DNA from: Candidatus Heimdallarchaeota archaeon
GTDB taxonomy: Archaea; Asgardarchaeota; Heimdallarchaeia; Heimdallarchaeales; Heimdallarchaeaceae
Reading direction: 5' to 3'
Length of the DNA stretch: 64,000 nt
Assembly (NCBI GenBank): GCA_016840095.1
Contig: JAEOSZ010000011.1
Coordinates: 1 to 64,000 of the forward strand
The translations under genes were made by a program, and so were the position numbers. The stretch's first letter is position 1, and each line of letters opens with the position of its first letter. Shown here piece after piece: positions 18,520 through 28,965 of the stretch. The notes beneath the pieces are model-generated. The model did no database searches, was not told the origin of the DNA, and saw nothing but the letters and a program-made list of their open reading frames with translations.

Positions 18520-21282
18520 TTATGATAAATTAGATTCAACAATGTCATCTATATTTGATAATAAATCAGATAGTTTATCTTTTTGAGGTCCTCCACCAAT
18601 TGCGAGTTCTCCTTTTCCTCCACCTGATCCACCAACGACTTTAGATAATTCTTTAATTATTGAAACTATATCAACTTGAGAGTCTTTACTCTTAGCACCT
18701 ACAAGAACCACTTTATTTTCTTCAGAGGAAATTAGAATGCTAATACCATTTTCAAAGTTCTTAACAGCTTGTGTCGCTTGAACTATCAAATCCTTTTGAT
18801 TTCCTGAAGTCTCTTGTATCAAAACTTCAACACCATTGATCTTCTTTGTTTTAACTTGAGTAGGCGCAAATTGTATCTCTGCAATACGTTTGTTTAGATT
18901 TTCAATTTCCTTTTTCTGTTCTTTCCATTCTTTGAAAAATCGACTTACAGTTTTAGGTAGTATTTTGGGTTCTACACTGAGAATAGAAGACGATTCTTTC
19001 AGAATATTTTCCTGCTGTTGAACATACTTCAGAGCTGGATTGCCAGCTAGAATTTCCAATCTGACAATACCATCTTGTATTCTTTCACTTCCAACTAATT
19101 TAATGATTCCAATGTCACTTGTCTTATCTAGGTGAGTACCTCCACAAGCCTCTATATCCCATTCATTGATTGAAACTATATGGAGAGTTTTTCCAGGAAC
19201 AACTCCACCTTGATAGATTTGAAAACCATAACTTTTTTCAGCTTCATCTCTATCTAAGTCCATTTTTGAAACAGGTCTATTCTCGAACACTACTTGGTTT
19301 GCTAAATATTCTATCTCTTGCAATTCTTCGAAGCTGACAGAATTGTAATGAGTTATATCCAGTCTAGCTTTGTGTTCTGTTTTCTCAGCACCAGCTTGCC
19401 AAACATGATAACCTAAAACTTCCCTTGCTGCATTATTGACAACATGAACAGCTGTGTGATGACGCATTATATCCATACGTCTAACTCCATCAATTTCTCC
19501 TTTAACTGATTGACCTTTCTTTAAATCACATTTCTCCTTGATTTTGTGTATAATGGTTGAACCTTTTTTGAAAACATCAACTACTTGATACTCTTTGCCT
19601 TCAGTTGAAATAGTACCAATATCGTGAATTTGCCCTCCTCCTGTTGGATAGAATAAAGTTTGATCTAAGACAAGATATACGCCATCTACCACAGATTTCA
19701 CAGATGCATCGAATTTAGTTTGATATACGTTTTCGTAGAATAAAGATCGGGTAATATACTCTTCATCTAAGACAATTGTTATTTCTTCCTTTGCTTCTTT
19801 CTTCTTTGCTTTTTGTTTAGCAAAGTGTTCTTCCATTTTAATGTAGAAATCATCAGGAACTTCAACTTCTAAGTTGTTCTCCTTAGCTAATTCCCTAACC
19901 ATAAGAGGATTGATTCCGTTGTTTTGATATAAGTCAACTAGTGTTTTGAAATCAAAGTCTGTTTTCTTCTGAATTAATAGTCCAACTAACCGTGTTCCAG
20001 ATTTCTTTGTTTCTTCGTAACGTTTTAGTTCTATATCAATGATTTTGAAAATATCATCTCTATGTTCCTTTACTCTAGGATAGGAAACTGATAATTGTTC
20101 TATTTGTAAATCAAATAGCTTCTCTATAGAGAATTGAAGGTTATACAAACTTCTAAGAGATTCTATTCTTCTTAAGAGAACACGTAAATTATATCCACCA
20201 CCTACATTTGATGGGATAGCACCATCAGCTATGGTCATAGATAAGGTTCTTGCATGATCTGCAATTGCATAGATTGCTTCTTGAGGACCAAGAGCCTTCA
20301 ACATCTCATCATAAGTCATGCCAAGCTTTTGAGCCATTTGTTTTCGTTCTTCTCGTAAATCTTTAACTTCCTCGACAGCTAGAAGACCAGCTAGTATGTT
20401 GTAATCAACTAGCAATTTATGGTCTGGTTTGTAGTCGTTTTCTTTTTGAAGATAATCTATTGCTTTTGGAAATATAGCTTCATAGATTGAAGGTGTTCCT
20501 TGGGAAAACCAAGAAACTCTATCTAAACCCCAGCCGACATCAATTACTTGCATATCAAGATTCTTTACTTTTCCGTTGTCAAATCCATATGCAATAAAGA
20601 CGTTATTCACAACTTCTACACCATAAGACATAGCCTCTAAATTAGGTCCAAAATTGCCACCACCTGCCCAAATTCCCTCAACATAAGAAATTTCATCATG
20701 TTTGAGACCCAATTCATCAGTTAGATATTGGAAATTAAGATCTAAACAACGATCCATCCAATACCCGCCTGTTAGTCTTTCAGAGTTAAATGAATGTTGT
20801 CCAAACATAACAAAACTAGTAAGATGTCTTGCAGTTTTTCCGATATTATCTATATCAGAAAATTCCCCACCTGTTCTGATACACATTTGGGGTACAATTA
20901 GTGGATTTGCGGGTGGGTCGATTATACCATCTAGAACCCATGGCTGGAAATCAGCAATTGAAGCTATAGTGAAGTCCATATCTGCTCTCCATCTAGAAAC
21001 CACTGGGTAATCTTTTATTGCTGTGTGGCCATTCTTAACAAAAAAGTCAGTCAAGCTCTTTAGTGTTTGATCAAAATCCATGTTCTTACCTTTTTTGTCA
21101 ATAAATTTGTACCCACCAGAGCATCTTGTATCACCACAATTTTCTTGATCAGGAACTAAAGTCCAGAAATTATGTTTACAATAGGGACATTGTTTTCTAA
21201 TGAATCCTTTTTCTTTAAAGAGATTAACTTCATAATCCTTTTTGCTAAATCTCTCTTTTAGTTGATCTTTTGATATGGACAT
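18520..21282 (-). CDS. alaS: Alanine--tRNA ligase (archaeal type)
   Basis: N-terminal CPYC..CGD..C, FTIASIADFQP, DVGWGLDR, editing HHTAVH and ACGGTH, C-Ala GGSGGG. Likely start MSISKDQ at 21282. Confidence 0.97.
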   Translation of the reverse strand: MSISKDQLKERFSKKDYEVNLFKEKGFIRKQCPYCKHNFWTLVPDQENCGDTRCSGGYKFIDKKGKNMDFDQTLKSLTDFFVKNGHTAIKDYPVVSRWRADMDFTIASIADFQPWVLDGIIDPPANPLIVPQMCIRTGGEFSDIDNIGKTARHLTSFVMFGQHSFNSERLTGGYWMDRCLDLNFQYLTDELGLKHDEISYVEGIWAGGGNFGPNLEAMSYGVEVVNNVFIAYGFDNGKVKNLDMQVIDVGWGLDRVSWFSQGTPSIYEAIFPKAIDYLQKENDYKPDHKLLVDYNILAGLLAVEEVKDLREERKQMAQKLGMTYDEMLKALGPQEAIYAIADHARTLSMTIADGAIPSNVGGGYNLRVLLRRIESLRSLYNLQFSIEKLFDLQIEQLSVSYPRVKEHRDDIFKIIDIELKRYEETKKSGTRLVGLLIQKKTDFDFKTLVDLYQNNGINPLMVRELAKENNLEVEVPDDFYIKMEEHFAKQKAKKKEAKEEITIVLDEEYITRSLFYENVYQTKFDASVKSVVDGVYLVLDQTLFYPTGGGQIHDIGTISTEGKEYQVVDVFKKGSTIIHKIKEKCDLKKGQSVKGEIDGVRRMDIMRHHTAVHVVNNAAREVLGYHVWQAGAEKTEHKARLDITHYNSVSFEELQEIEYLANQVVFENRPVSKMDLDRDEAEKSYGFQIYQGGVVPGKTLHIVSINEWDIEACGGTHLDKTSDIGIIKLVGSERIQDGIVRLEILAGNPALKYVQQQENILKESSSILSVEPKILPKTVSRFFKEWKEQKKEIENLNKRIAEIQFAPTQVKTKKINGVEVLIQETSGNQKDLIVQATQAVKNFENGISILISSEENKVVLVGAKSKDSQVDIVSIIKELSKVVGGSGGGKGELAIGGGPQKDKLSDLLSNIDDIVESNLS

Positions 21283-21402
21283 TATAACTCTAAATGCCAA
21301 CTTCTACTCAAATATAATAAAATTTTGCATCAATAGGAAATTTTACTCAATTTTAAACATTCACTGCAAAAGTCTTTTAAGAGCTTTTTCCAGCCTTCTT
21401 TT

Positions 21403-22593
21403 ATGAAAGATGCTGAAATTAAGGAAGTATCTGGGGACAAATTAGATCCTTTACTTGAAATGGTTTTCTATGCTTTTTTTACAACACCAGGAGACATTGA
21501 AAGATTAATAAAAAATAAACATTACTTCAAGGAAGATTTATGTTATGCAATTTACGAAGATGAAGAACCTGTTTCAGGGATAATGCTCAAACCAATTCCA
21601 CAGAATGTTCGAGGAGTTATTAAGAACATGTGCGGAGTAGCCGAGGTGGTTACAAATCCAGAAGCAAGAAGGAAAGGATATGCAAAGAAACTGATGGACC
21701 TCTCATTTAAGAAAATGAAAGAAAATGGTCAGATATTTTCAATGTTATACCCATTTAAAGAAGAATTTTATGAAAGGTTAGGGTATGTTACTTTTCCACA
21801 ATATAGGACTGCAGTTTTTTCTCCACAGTCACTTGTTCCTCTGCTCAAGAAAGAATTAGAAGGCACAGTTGATAGAATTAATATCAAAGATGGAATGGAT
21901 ATCTATCTCAATTTCATTAAGAAATATCAGCTGAAAACCCATGGAATGGGAATCAAACATGATACAGAACAGGCTAGGATGAGAGATGAAGCAAATTACT
22001 GGCTAGCTGTTGCTAAAGATAATGATGGAGAAGTAATCGGGTTAATGACTTATAGAATAACTGGTTTTTGGAAGGAGATAAAAATTAGACATTTTTATGT
22101 TGACAATTCTCTTGCGAAATACTTGTTATTACAATGGATAGCTCATCATGCAGATCAAGTAAATGAAATTCATCTTCCGGTTATGCCTTCTGATTTTCCT
22201 GAAACTTGGATAAATGATACATTTTGGGGATCAAAAGGTAAGATAGTCAGTAGAGAATGGGTTCCATCATGCATGGGTAGAGTAGTTTTAGTCGATCAAA
22301 TCACTGGCATCCATGTTGGAGAAGGATCAATTTCAATAAAAATCTCAGATGAACAATGTGAATGGAACAATAAGATCTACTTGTTTGAGAGTAAAGATGG
22401 TATACTCAATGTATCTGAAACTGAACAATATGATTGTGAACTTACCATACAAGGAATATCAGCAATAATCTATGGATGCTACAATCTAGATGATTTTCCA
22501 TTCAAAAAATGGGGAGATTTATCAGAAGAAAATAAAGAAAAGATAGTGAAACTCTTTCCTAGGATATTACCCTATTTACATGCAGACTTCTAA
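21403..22593 (+). CDS. Eis-like GNAT acetyltransferase with C-terminal SCP2-like domain
   Basis: VVTNPEARRKGYA, LYPF...FYERLGY, MGRVV, D..CEWNN. Confidence 0.88.
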   Translation: MKDAEIKEVSGDKLDPLLEMVFYAFFTTPGDIERLIKNKHYFKEDLCYAIYEDEEPVSGIMLKPIPQNVRGVIKNMCGVAEVVTNPEARRKGYAKKLMDLSFKKMKENGQIFSMLYPFKEEFYERLGYVTFPQYRTAVFSPQSLVPLLKKELEGTVDRINIKDGMDIYLNFIKKYQLKTHGMGIKHDTEQARMRDEANYWLAVAKDNDGEVIGLMTYRITGFWKEIKIRHFYVDNSLAKYLLLQWIAHHADQVNEIHLPVMPSDFPETWINDTFWGSKGKIVSREWVPSCMGRVVLVDQITGIHVGEGSISIKISDEQCEWNNKIYLFESKDGILNVSETEQYDCELTIQGISAIIYGCYNLDDFPFKKWGDLSEENKEKIVKLFPRILPYLHADF

Positions 22594-22611
22594 ATCTAGA
22601 AGTCTTTTTTC

Positions 22612-23799
22612 TTACATCAAAGCATCCCAAATAGTTGGAGCAGAATCTGGATAAAAATTCTTTAAATCTTTGATTTCTATCGCTATCTTCCCTGTACCAC
22701 CGTGAATAGAATATGGTAATCTACTTACACGTTTAATATCAGTTGAAACAGCTTTATCGATTCGAGGGTATCGTCTTAGAATTATATCATTGGAAACATT
22801 TCTTCTTACTTTCCAATCATCAGGCATAATGATGTTATACTGATTATGATCAAAATCTTTAGTTTCCTTAACTTGTTTAATTATTCTGCTTGCTTTTAGT
22901 TCAGTTAATCCAAAATTCTCTACTTCAAGTTTAGTAATATTAAAGAGCTCACCGGAACAGTATTTACATTTAATTTTGTTTTCTTTAATTCTCTTATCTA
23001 ATGTATCAAATCTAAAACCCTCAGCTTTTCTTCCTGTAACCTCTTTTATCAACTCATAAGCTCTAAATTTAGATTTACAATTTTGGCATTGTAAAACAGG
23101 ATTTTCTAAATCTTGAAGAAAAACATACTCTATGTAAGGTTTAACTAGAAGTGAAAAAATTCTGTTTCTAAGAGGTTTGGCTTCATTAGGAATTTCTTCT
23201 AGTGATTGTGATCTAGTTGGATCATTTATCATTGTTAGATAATTAAGGATAGAAATTCTTTGCTCATTAGTTAGACTCCTTGTCTCTTCTTCCATTACCC
23301 AACCATGAACACCTCTTCTTCCTGAGAAGAACCACTTCATTTCTTTGAACCCAAAATCCTCTTTCATTGTTTCATCTATGAAGAGTGCAGCCTCCAAAGC
23401 TAGATTCCAGCAGAATTCACAATATCCATATTTTTCACACCCACAAGTTCTTACACCTACATAATTTCCTTCTGAGTCATGAGCATCGTAATCACTTAAA
23501 TCGATGTCAAAAATGAATTCTCTATATTTCCATATGATATCTTGAACTCTATTATTCTTGGAAGGTGGTCGATCATAAACAGCTCCAACATATGCACTTT
23601 CTGCAGCGTTTGCAACCATATACTCTTTCATCTTTTCAGGTGTTTTGAAAGAAATGTTTCTAATAACGTTTTCATTAATTATAAACATAAACTCTCTTGT
23701 TGCAAAGTTGTCCTTACCTATATATGAGATAAAACGATTTAAAGGAAATTTCTTTTCATAGTACTCTGAGAGCATATCTGAAGTTAAATCCTCAATCAT
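22612..23799 (-). CDS. priS: DNA primase catalytic subunit PriS
   Basis: REF, FDIDLSDYD, SGRRGVHGWV, YPRIDKAVS, RLPYSIHGGTG. Likely start MIEDL at 23799, overlapping the priL stop. Confidence 0.95.
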   Translation of the reverse strand: MIEDLTSDMLSEYYEKKFPLNRFISYIGKDNFATREFMFIINENVIRNISFKTPEKMKEYMVANAAESAYVGAVYDRPPSKNNRVQDIIWKYREFIFDIDLSDYDAHDSEGNYVGVRTCGCEKYGYCEFCWNLALEAALFIDETMKEDFGFKEMKWFFSGRRGVHGWVMEEETRSLTNEQRISILNYLTMINDPTRSQSLEEIPNEAKPLRNRIFSLLVKPYIEYVFLQDLENPVLQCQNCKSKFRAYELIKEVTGRKAEGFRFDTLDKRIKENKIKCKYCSGELFNITKLEVENFGLTELKASRIIKQVKETKDFDHNQYNIIMPDDWKVRRNVSNDIILRRYPRIDKAVSTDIKRVSRLPYSIHGGTGKIAIEIKDLKNFYPDSAPTIWDALM

Positions 23800-25165
23800 T
23801 ATCTTCATTCTCCGTTTCATCAGTTTTTGTTTCTTTTTTACTATAGAATCTAGAATATGCTTGTCGTGTATAATGCATCATTTGATTGATTTGATTTCCT
23901 GTTATTCTCCATCCTGTTAATAGCGTAAAGTATCTCGCACAAGCTCTCTTGTATTTTTGATCACGATGTAACTTAGCTATATCATCGATAGCTGCATCAA
24001 GCAGTTTCTTCTCTTTATCTTCAAATCTAAGTTTCATATCTTCAGTAATCTTGTCAATTCTTTTATGAGCCCAATAGCAGAAGTAGCTGTTTATACATTT
24101 TGTGCAGCTTGGAGGACTATAATCAATACCTCCCCCAACTTTGCCATACATGTGCATGAGTTGATAATTCACTCTCTGTTTGAATTGTTCAAAAGATATA
24201 CCAATATTATCTACAGAGTTTTCATACCAGAATCTTTGTTGTTCTTCCACAGTCATTCCTGCCTTTTTCAAGAATATTCCAAGCTGCCAGTTTTCCATAT
24301 GTGCAAGATGTCCTTCTGATTTTAAAATTCCTATAAGTTCTTGAATGCATGGAGGGAATAATTCTGACTTTGTTAATATCTCAACTCCCTCATCTATACC
24401 TAAACTGAGGAAATCTTTCGAGAGTCTTCTAGATTTAGCAATCTTCTGAATCTTATCAAAAATTGGTTTGGTAGCATTTTTTAGACCCTCATCATCTTCA
24501 ACTAATTCTTTAGATTTTTCAATTACTTCTCTTAGTTGTTTTTCAAATTCTCTCTTTACTGCTAAACGAATATCTGCTAGAGTAACTATCCCCCATCCCT
24601 TGTAAAGAAGAGCTCTCCTTGCTGATACAATTGAAGGGATTTTAGTGAAGTGAATAGCAATTTTCTTTTCCAAATCTTTTACATTAGAACCAAATCTGCT
24701 TTTCGTATATTTTACAGACCGGGTTTCAATGTTAGCAATGTTGAATTTTCTGTAAATGTCAACACCAAACATAGCATTAATTTCATGAATTTCCTTAACT
24801 TTATCTTCAGAATATAATTCCTTTAGAACATTGATTTTTTCTTCAAAACTAGGAGTGCTAATGAATCTGAATTCAAACAAATCTCCTTCAACTTCAATTA
24901 ACCAAGTTGTCAATCTAGGATCTTGAGAAACAGCTAATTTAAGAAGAGTATGTCCTCCGAACTCTTCAGTTTTAACTTTAAGCCATTCATTAGTTGACAT
25001 CCACGAAGGTTTGGAGATTATCCATAAATCTTCAGAAATTAAACGTTCCAAACGATCGTTTGCAAATCTGTTCCCACTTTCTATATCTAAAGATATATCA
25101 CCAGGATCTTTCAAAACAAACCAATCAGGAACTTCAGTAGACATAATTTTTCCTTTCTCTAACAC
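23792..25165 (-). CDS. priL: DNA primase large subunit PriL (4Fe-4S C-terminal domain)
   Basis: FPPC..HLAH..QLGIFLK, YSPPSCTKC..C; adjacent to priS. Confidence 0.92.
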   Translation of the reverse strand: MLEKGKIMSTEVPDWFVLKDPGDISLDIESGNRFANDRLERLISEDLWIISKPSWMSTNEWLKVKTEEFGGHTLLKLAVSQDPRLTTWLIEVEGDLFEFRFISTPSFEEKINVLKELYSEDKVKEIHEINAMFGVDIYRKFNIANIETRSVKYTKSRFGSNVKDLEKKIAIHFTKIPSIVSARRALLYKGWGIVTLADIRLAVKREFEKQLREVIEKSKELVEDDEGLKNATKPIFDKIQKIAKSRRLSKDFLSLGIDEGVEILTKSELFPPCIQELIGILKSEGHLAHMENWQLGIFLKKAGMTVEEQQRFWYENSVDNIGISFEQFKQRVNYQLMHMYGKVGGGIDYSPPSCTKCINSYFCYWAHKRIDKITEDMKLRFEDKEKKLLDAAIDDIAKLHRDQKYKRACARYFTLLTGWRITGNQINQMMHYTRQAYSRFYSKKETKTDETENEDND

Positions 25166-25177
25166 TTAGTTAATGTA

Positions 25178-26308
25178 TTAAAAAAATTGTGTTAAAGTTT
25201 TTTGACTATTATCGATTTTTCTTAAATTTGATATTTTGACCCCAACTAATCTTATATCTTCAGGTTTTTTGTTTTCGAATTCTTCTAGAAGCTTTTGAAC
25301 TACAGTTCTAACATGTTTCTCAGAAGTATTATAACTAGATAGAGAATGGGCTCTGGTATATGTTTCAAAGTTTTTAAAGCGGATTTTTAGAGTGATTGTC
25401 TTATAACTCATGTGTTTAACTTTCATTCTTGCAATAATAGTGTCAATAGTTGAATCAATTTGTATCCACATCTCTTCCCAAGTTTTATATCTCTCAAAAA
25501 ATGTTCTTTCCTCACTAATCGATTTTCTCTCACTATTGAGGAATTTATCTTCTGTTTTTTCTGTATTATAACCTCTTACTAATTTCCAGGTTTTAAGACC
25601 ATATTTACCAAATTTCTGATGAATAAGTTGATAAGGAAATTTTGCTAAATCACCACATGTAAATATTTTATCTTTACTAAACAATTCAGCACTTTTTTTC
25701 CCAACTCCAGGAATGATAGTGATTTTTAATGGATTCATGAAATCGGCTATTTCAAGAGGTTTTACAATTACTAGACCATCTGGTTTGTCTGTTTCTGAAG
25801 CAATTTTTGCAAGTATTTTTGTAGGAGCAATACCTATCGAACATGTTAAACGTTCTGTGGCATAAATGTCATCTTTAAGTTCAACTGCTAGCGTTCTTGC
25901 TTCTTCATAATCTGATACAACTTCAGTTAAATCAAGATATGCTTCATCATTTCCTGCTACTTTCATAGTTGGTGAATAGTACTCAAGAATTTTCATAATG
26001 CTTTTGGATACTTCATTGTAAAGCTTGAATGATCCTCTAATCATTGTAAGATGAGGACATAATTGTAGTGCTTGATTTATTGGCATACCTGAATGAATAC
26101 CATATTTTCTAGCTTCATAATTGCAAGTACTTACAACACCTTGCTTTGTTTTTGGATTTCCTCCAACAACAAGAGGTACATCTGATAATTCAGGATTTTC
26201 TCTCATTTCCACAGCAGCAAAAAAAGCATCTAAATCCATGTACAATATAATGGAATCAAATGTTTGCTCCTTTTCAGAGAAATATACTTCTTGATTAGCA
26301 AGAGTCAT
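25178..26308 (-). CDS. dinB: DNA polymerase IV (Y-family, DinB/Dpo4)
   Basis: DLDAFFAAVE, STCNYEARKYG, DEAYLD, KIASETDKPDG, IPGVG; C-terminal PIP box QKTLTQFF. Confidence 0.95.
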   Translation of the reverse strand: MTLANQEVYFSEKEQTFDSIILYMDLDAFFAAVEMRENPELSDVPLVVGGNPKTKQGVVSTCNYEARKYGIHSGMPINQALQLCPHLTMIRGSFKLYNEVSKSIMKILEYYSPTMKVAGNDEAYLDLTEVVSDYEEARTLAVELKDDIYATERLTCSIGIAPTKILAKIASETDKPDGLVIVKPLEIADFMNPLKITIIPGVGKKSAELFSKDKIFTCGDLAKFPYQLIHQKFGKYGLKTWKLVRGYNTEKTEDKFLNSERKSISEERTFFERYKTWEEMWIQIDSTIDTIIARMKVKHMSYKTITLKIRFKNFETYTRAHSLSSYNTSEKHVRTVVQKLLEEFENKKPEDIRLVGVKISNLRKIDNSQKTLTQFF

Positions 26309-26369
26309 ATTGTAGAAATAGTGTCATTTTAATATAAAAAGTCCAAAAAATAAAAAAATAAAAAAGGAA

Positions 26370-28400
26370 TTACCTTTTTCTTCTCAAAATAAATATGGCA
26401 AGACCTATAATACCAACAATTGGTAAAACAAACTCAAATGATGTGAAACCAGGGTCATCGAGATATACTACACCTGGATTTGGTGTATCAATTAGAAAGT
26501 CTGTATTGCAATTGTCTGTATCCACATCAGCTGGTTCTCTTTGAAGAGTTTTGTCTGCACCTGTTGTCGCACCAGACCAAGCTGTAACACCAGATACACT
26601 TCCTGATCCCCAAGCAACAGCATCTTTAGTAACATCAGCTGGATCTTTGAGACTTAGGTCATCTCCAGTATTAGCTAACTGTATATCACCTAGATTATAA
26701 TCTGCAGTTGGTACTAGAGATATACCTAATGCTGTCATTTCACTATGATAAATCGTTTTGTCATAAGCAAAAATCAAAATATCATCGGCATCAATTTGAG
26801 CTCCCTCAGGCATGTTAAATTTACCTTCACCATCTGTAAGTTCCCAGTTTTCTAGGTATATATCGAAAGTAAAGGCATTATAAATTTCAACAAATTCACC
26901 TTCAGGTTCATCATCAGCATCATATCGAATTTCAGTGATGAGTAGTTTCCATCCAGCTTCATTGATGATGTTTATTTTGCTTGTAACCTCAATAGGATCA
27001 CCCACAGTAGGTGTTCCCACAACTTTTACATTGTGAATTCCATTAGAGTAAGCATTTGTATTAACACTGAAACTTTCTATTCCATCTGGATCAGTCCAAG
27101 TATGAACAGAAGAACCATCAATATAGAGCTGACCGGATGTATAAGTGTTAACTGCGAATGAAGCTTGGAAGTTATAATTACCTGAAGCTATACCACCAGT
27201 TATTGGAGATGCTAAAGCAACAGGTGCTGCATAACCAACAGGGATTTCTGAATTCGCCCAATCATAATCAAACACAGTTTTGAAATATGCTGCTACATTG
27301 GTATTTTTTACAATTGCTCCAGCTTCTCTGTTATTTTCAATAGAGTTGTTGGACCAATTAATACTTGAGACTTGAACAGTATCACCATCAACGGAGACAT
27401 ATTTGTTATGATTATGTCCTAAACCTTTGAAAAATCTAACTTGAGCTCCATTGTTAATAAGCACTTCAGTTACATTTTCATTTGCTGTGCCTGGTTCAGG
27501 AATGAGTACTCTTACTGCAACACCTCTTAAAGTCGCATCAATTACATCATCTAGCAATTCACAATCAAATTTCATGTATTGAAGTTCTAGATCAATACTT
27601 GTTGTTGCTCCTTGAATCAATCCAGAAAGTAATTCATAACTATTGTCTGGTGAAAAGATAGGAGTTACTTCAGCATACTCAACAAAAGTCGATGGAGAAA
27701 ATGGGTGTTCATAAGTTCCACTAGTTTCAGGAGCTTGTAAATCTCCAGGATTTACAATAGTTGAATAAGGTGTAGAGATTAAACCATCATCGACAAATAC
27801 ATCTTCAAAATACGAAGCGATGGAAGCATCATTAAACAGAAAACCCATCTCTCTATTTGTTCTTGCTTCAGGTGATTCTGGAATGCTTGAAGGTGCCCAG
27901 TTACCTGAGTAGATATAAGTTTCTTGAGAATCGACAATCCAGAATTTTGCATGTGTAAAAGCAAATGAACTACTTGTCCAATAAACATCTATTCCAGCAG
28001 CATCTAGTTGGATTGCTGCTCTTTCTGTATAATCATCTTCATAACTATTAACACGATCATCTGAAAGCTGAACAACAACATCAACTCCTCTACCATGAGC
28101 AAGAATCAGCTCATCGACCAAAGATTGACTGGATAAAGTATACACTTCTAAGTAGAAGGAAGTTTGAGCATTTTTAATAGAATTTAACACTATTTGATGT
28201 GCATTATCAGGTCCAACAAAAGTAGTTATGTTAGTAACCCCTGAGAATGTAGTTGTTGTGATAGCATCCAGAGATACATCTCGTTGACTATTTGTAACAT
28301 TTGCCGCAATTGCTACTTCTTGATTTACATTTAAGGGAATAAAAACCGAGAAGAGTAGCGACAAAATTACTAAAAAGACAAATTGATTTTTTCTAATCAT
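26370..28400 (-). CDS. Secreted phospholipase D-superfamily protein with Ig-like and lamin-tail domains and C-terminal sorting signal
   Basis: Two HxK-x4-D motifs (HAKFWIVD, HNKYVSVD), LTD-like LLITEI..EFVEIYN..L.NTGD, PGF-containing tail followed by TM and RRKR. Likely start at 28400. Confidence 0.88.
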   Translation of the reverse strand: MIRKNQFVFLVILSLLFSVFIPLNVNQEVAIAANVTNSQRDVSLDAITTTTFSGVTNITTFVGPDNAHQIVLNSIKNAQTSFYLEVYTLSSQSLVDELILAHGRGVDVVVQLSDDRVNSYEDDYTERAAIQLDAAGIDVYWTSSSFAFTHAKFWIVDSQETYIYSGNWAPSSIPESPEARTNREMGFLFNDASIASYFEDVFVDDGLISTPYSTIVNPGDLQAPETSGTYEHPFSPSTFVEYAEVTPIFSPDNSYELLSGLIQGATTSIDLELQYMKFDCELLDDVIDATLRGVAVRVLIPEPGTANENVTEVLINNGAQVRFFKGLGHNHNKYVSVDGDTVQVSSINWSNNSIENNREAGAIVKNTNVAAYFKTVFDYDWANSEIPVGYAAPVALASPITGGIASGNYNFQASFAVNTYTSGQLYIDGSSVHTWTDPDGIESFSVNTNAYSNGIHNVKVVGTPTVGDPIEVTSKINIINEAGWKLLITEIRYDADDEPEGEFVEIYNAFTFDIYLENWELTDGEGKFNMPEGAQIDADDILIFAYDKTIYHSEMTALGISLVPTADYNLGDIQLANTGDDLSLKDPADVTKDAVAWGSGSVSGVTAWSGATTGADKTLQREPADVDTDNCNTDFLIDTPNPGVVYLDDPGFTSFEFVLPIVGIIGLAIFILRRKR

Positions 28401-28456
28401 ATCTATACATACAGATAATAGTAAATAAATATGTATCGTCTGGAACAAAAAACATT

Positions 28457-28909
28457 CTACAGACGTTCTAAAATTGTATTTGCTAGCTTAACTTCTTCTT
28501 GTATATCTGATTTTCTTGAAGCCATTTTAATAAATCTTGAATATTGATTGAAATCCCTCTCGGATATTCCAAAAGTTTGAATAATATCTTCTTTTGTAAT
28601 CTGATGAATTTGCGGAAGTTCAATCAATTCAGAGGCAAAATCAAGAGGTGACATTTTTAGTTCAATTACTTGATAAGGTTCTCCCCAAAAAGAATTCAAG
28701 TATACAAGATCATCAGTAGTAGCTCCCCAAACGTAGACATACTTCTTGTTATCTCTAATCTTCTCTGAAATTTTAATTTTTGATTTAACGAAAATGAAAA
28801 GTCCTGGTCCTTCGTCATGTTCTAAAACTTCAGTTCCATATTTTTGAGCAATAGTCCCGAACTGATGAGGAAATTCACTAGTATTCTTTATCTCGTAAAT
28901 AATTTTCAT
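28457..28909 (-). CDS. Hypothetical protein
   Basis: Clean ORF directly downstream of the helicase. Likely start MKIIYE at 28909; possible C-terminal HTH. Confidence 0.65.
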   Translation of the reverse strand: MKIIYEIKNTSEFPHQFGTIAQKYGTEVLEHDEGPGLFIFVKSKIKISEKIRDNKKYVYVWGATTDDLVYLNSFWGEPYQVIELKMSPLDFASELIELPQIHQITKEDIIQTFGISERDFNQYSRFIKMASRKSDIQEEVKLANTILERL

Positions 28910-28965
28910 ACTCACATCAAAGAATTGAATCTTAAAACATTTTCTTAAGCTCAAAAGAAGATATA

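Noticed and set aside
22955-23091. Possible intein in PriS
   Set aside because: Too short and lacks C/S...HN-C/S/T splice junctions; it reads as a Zn finger.
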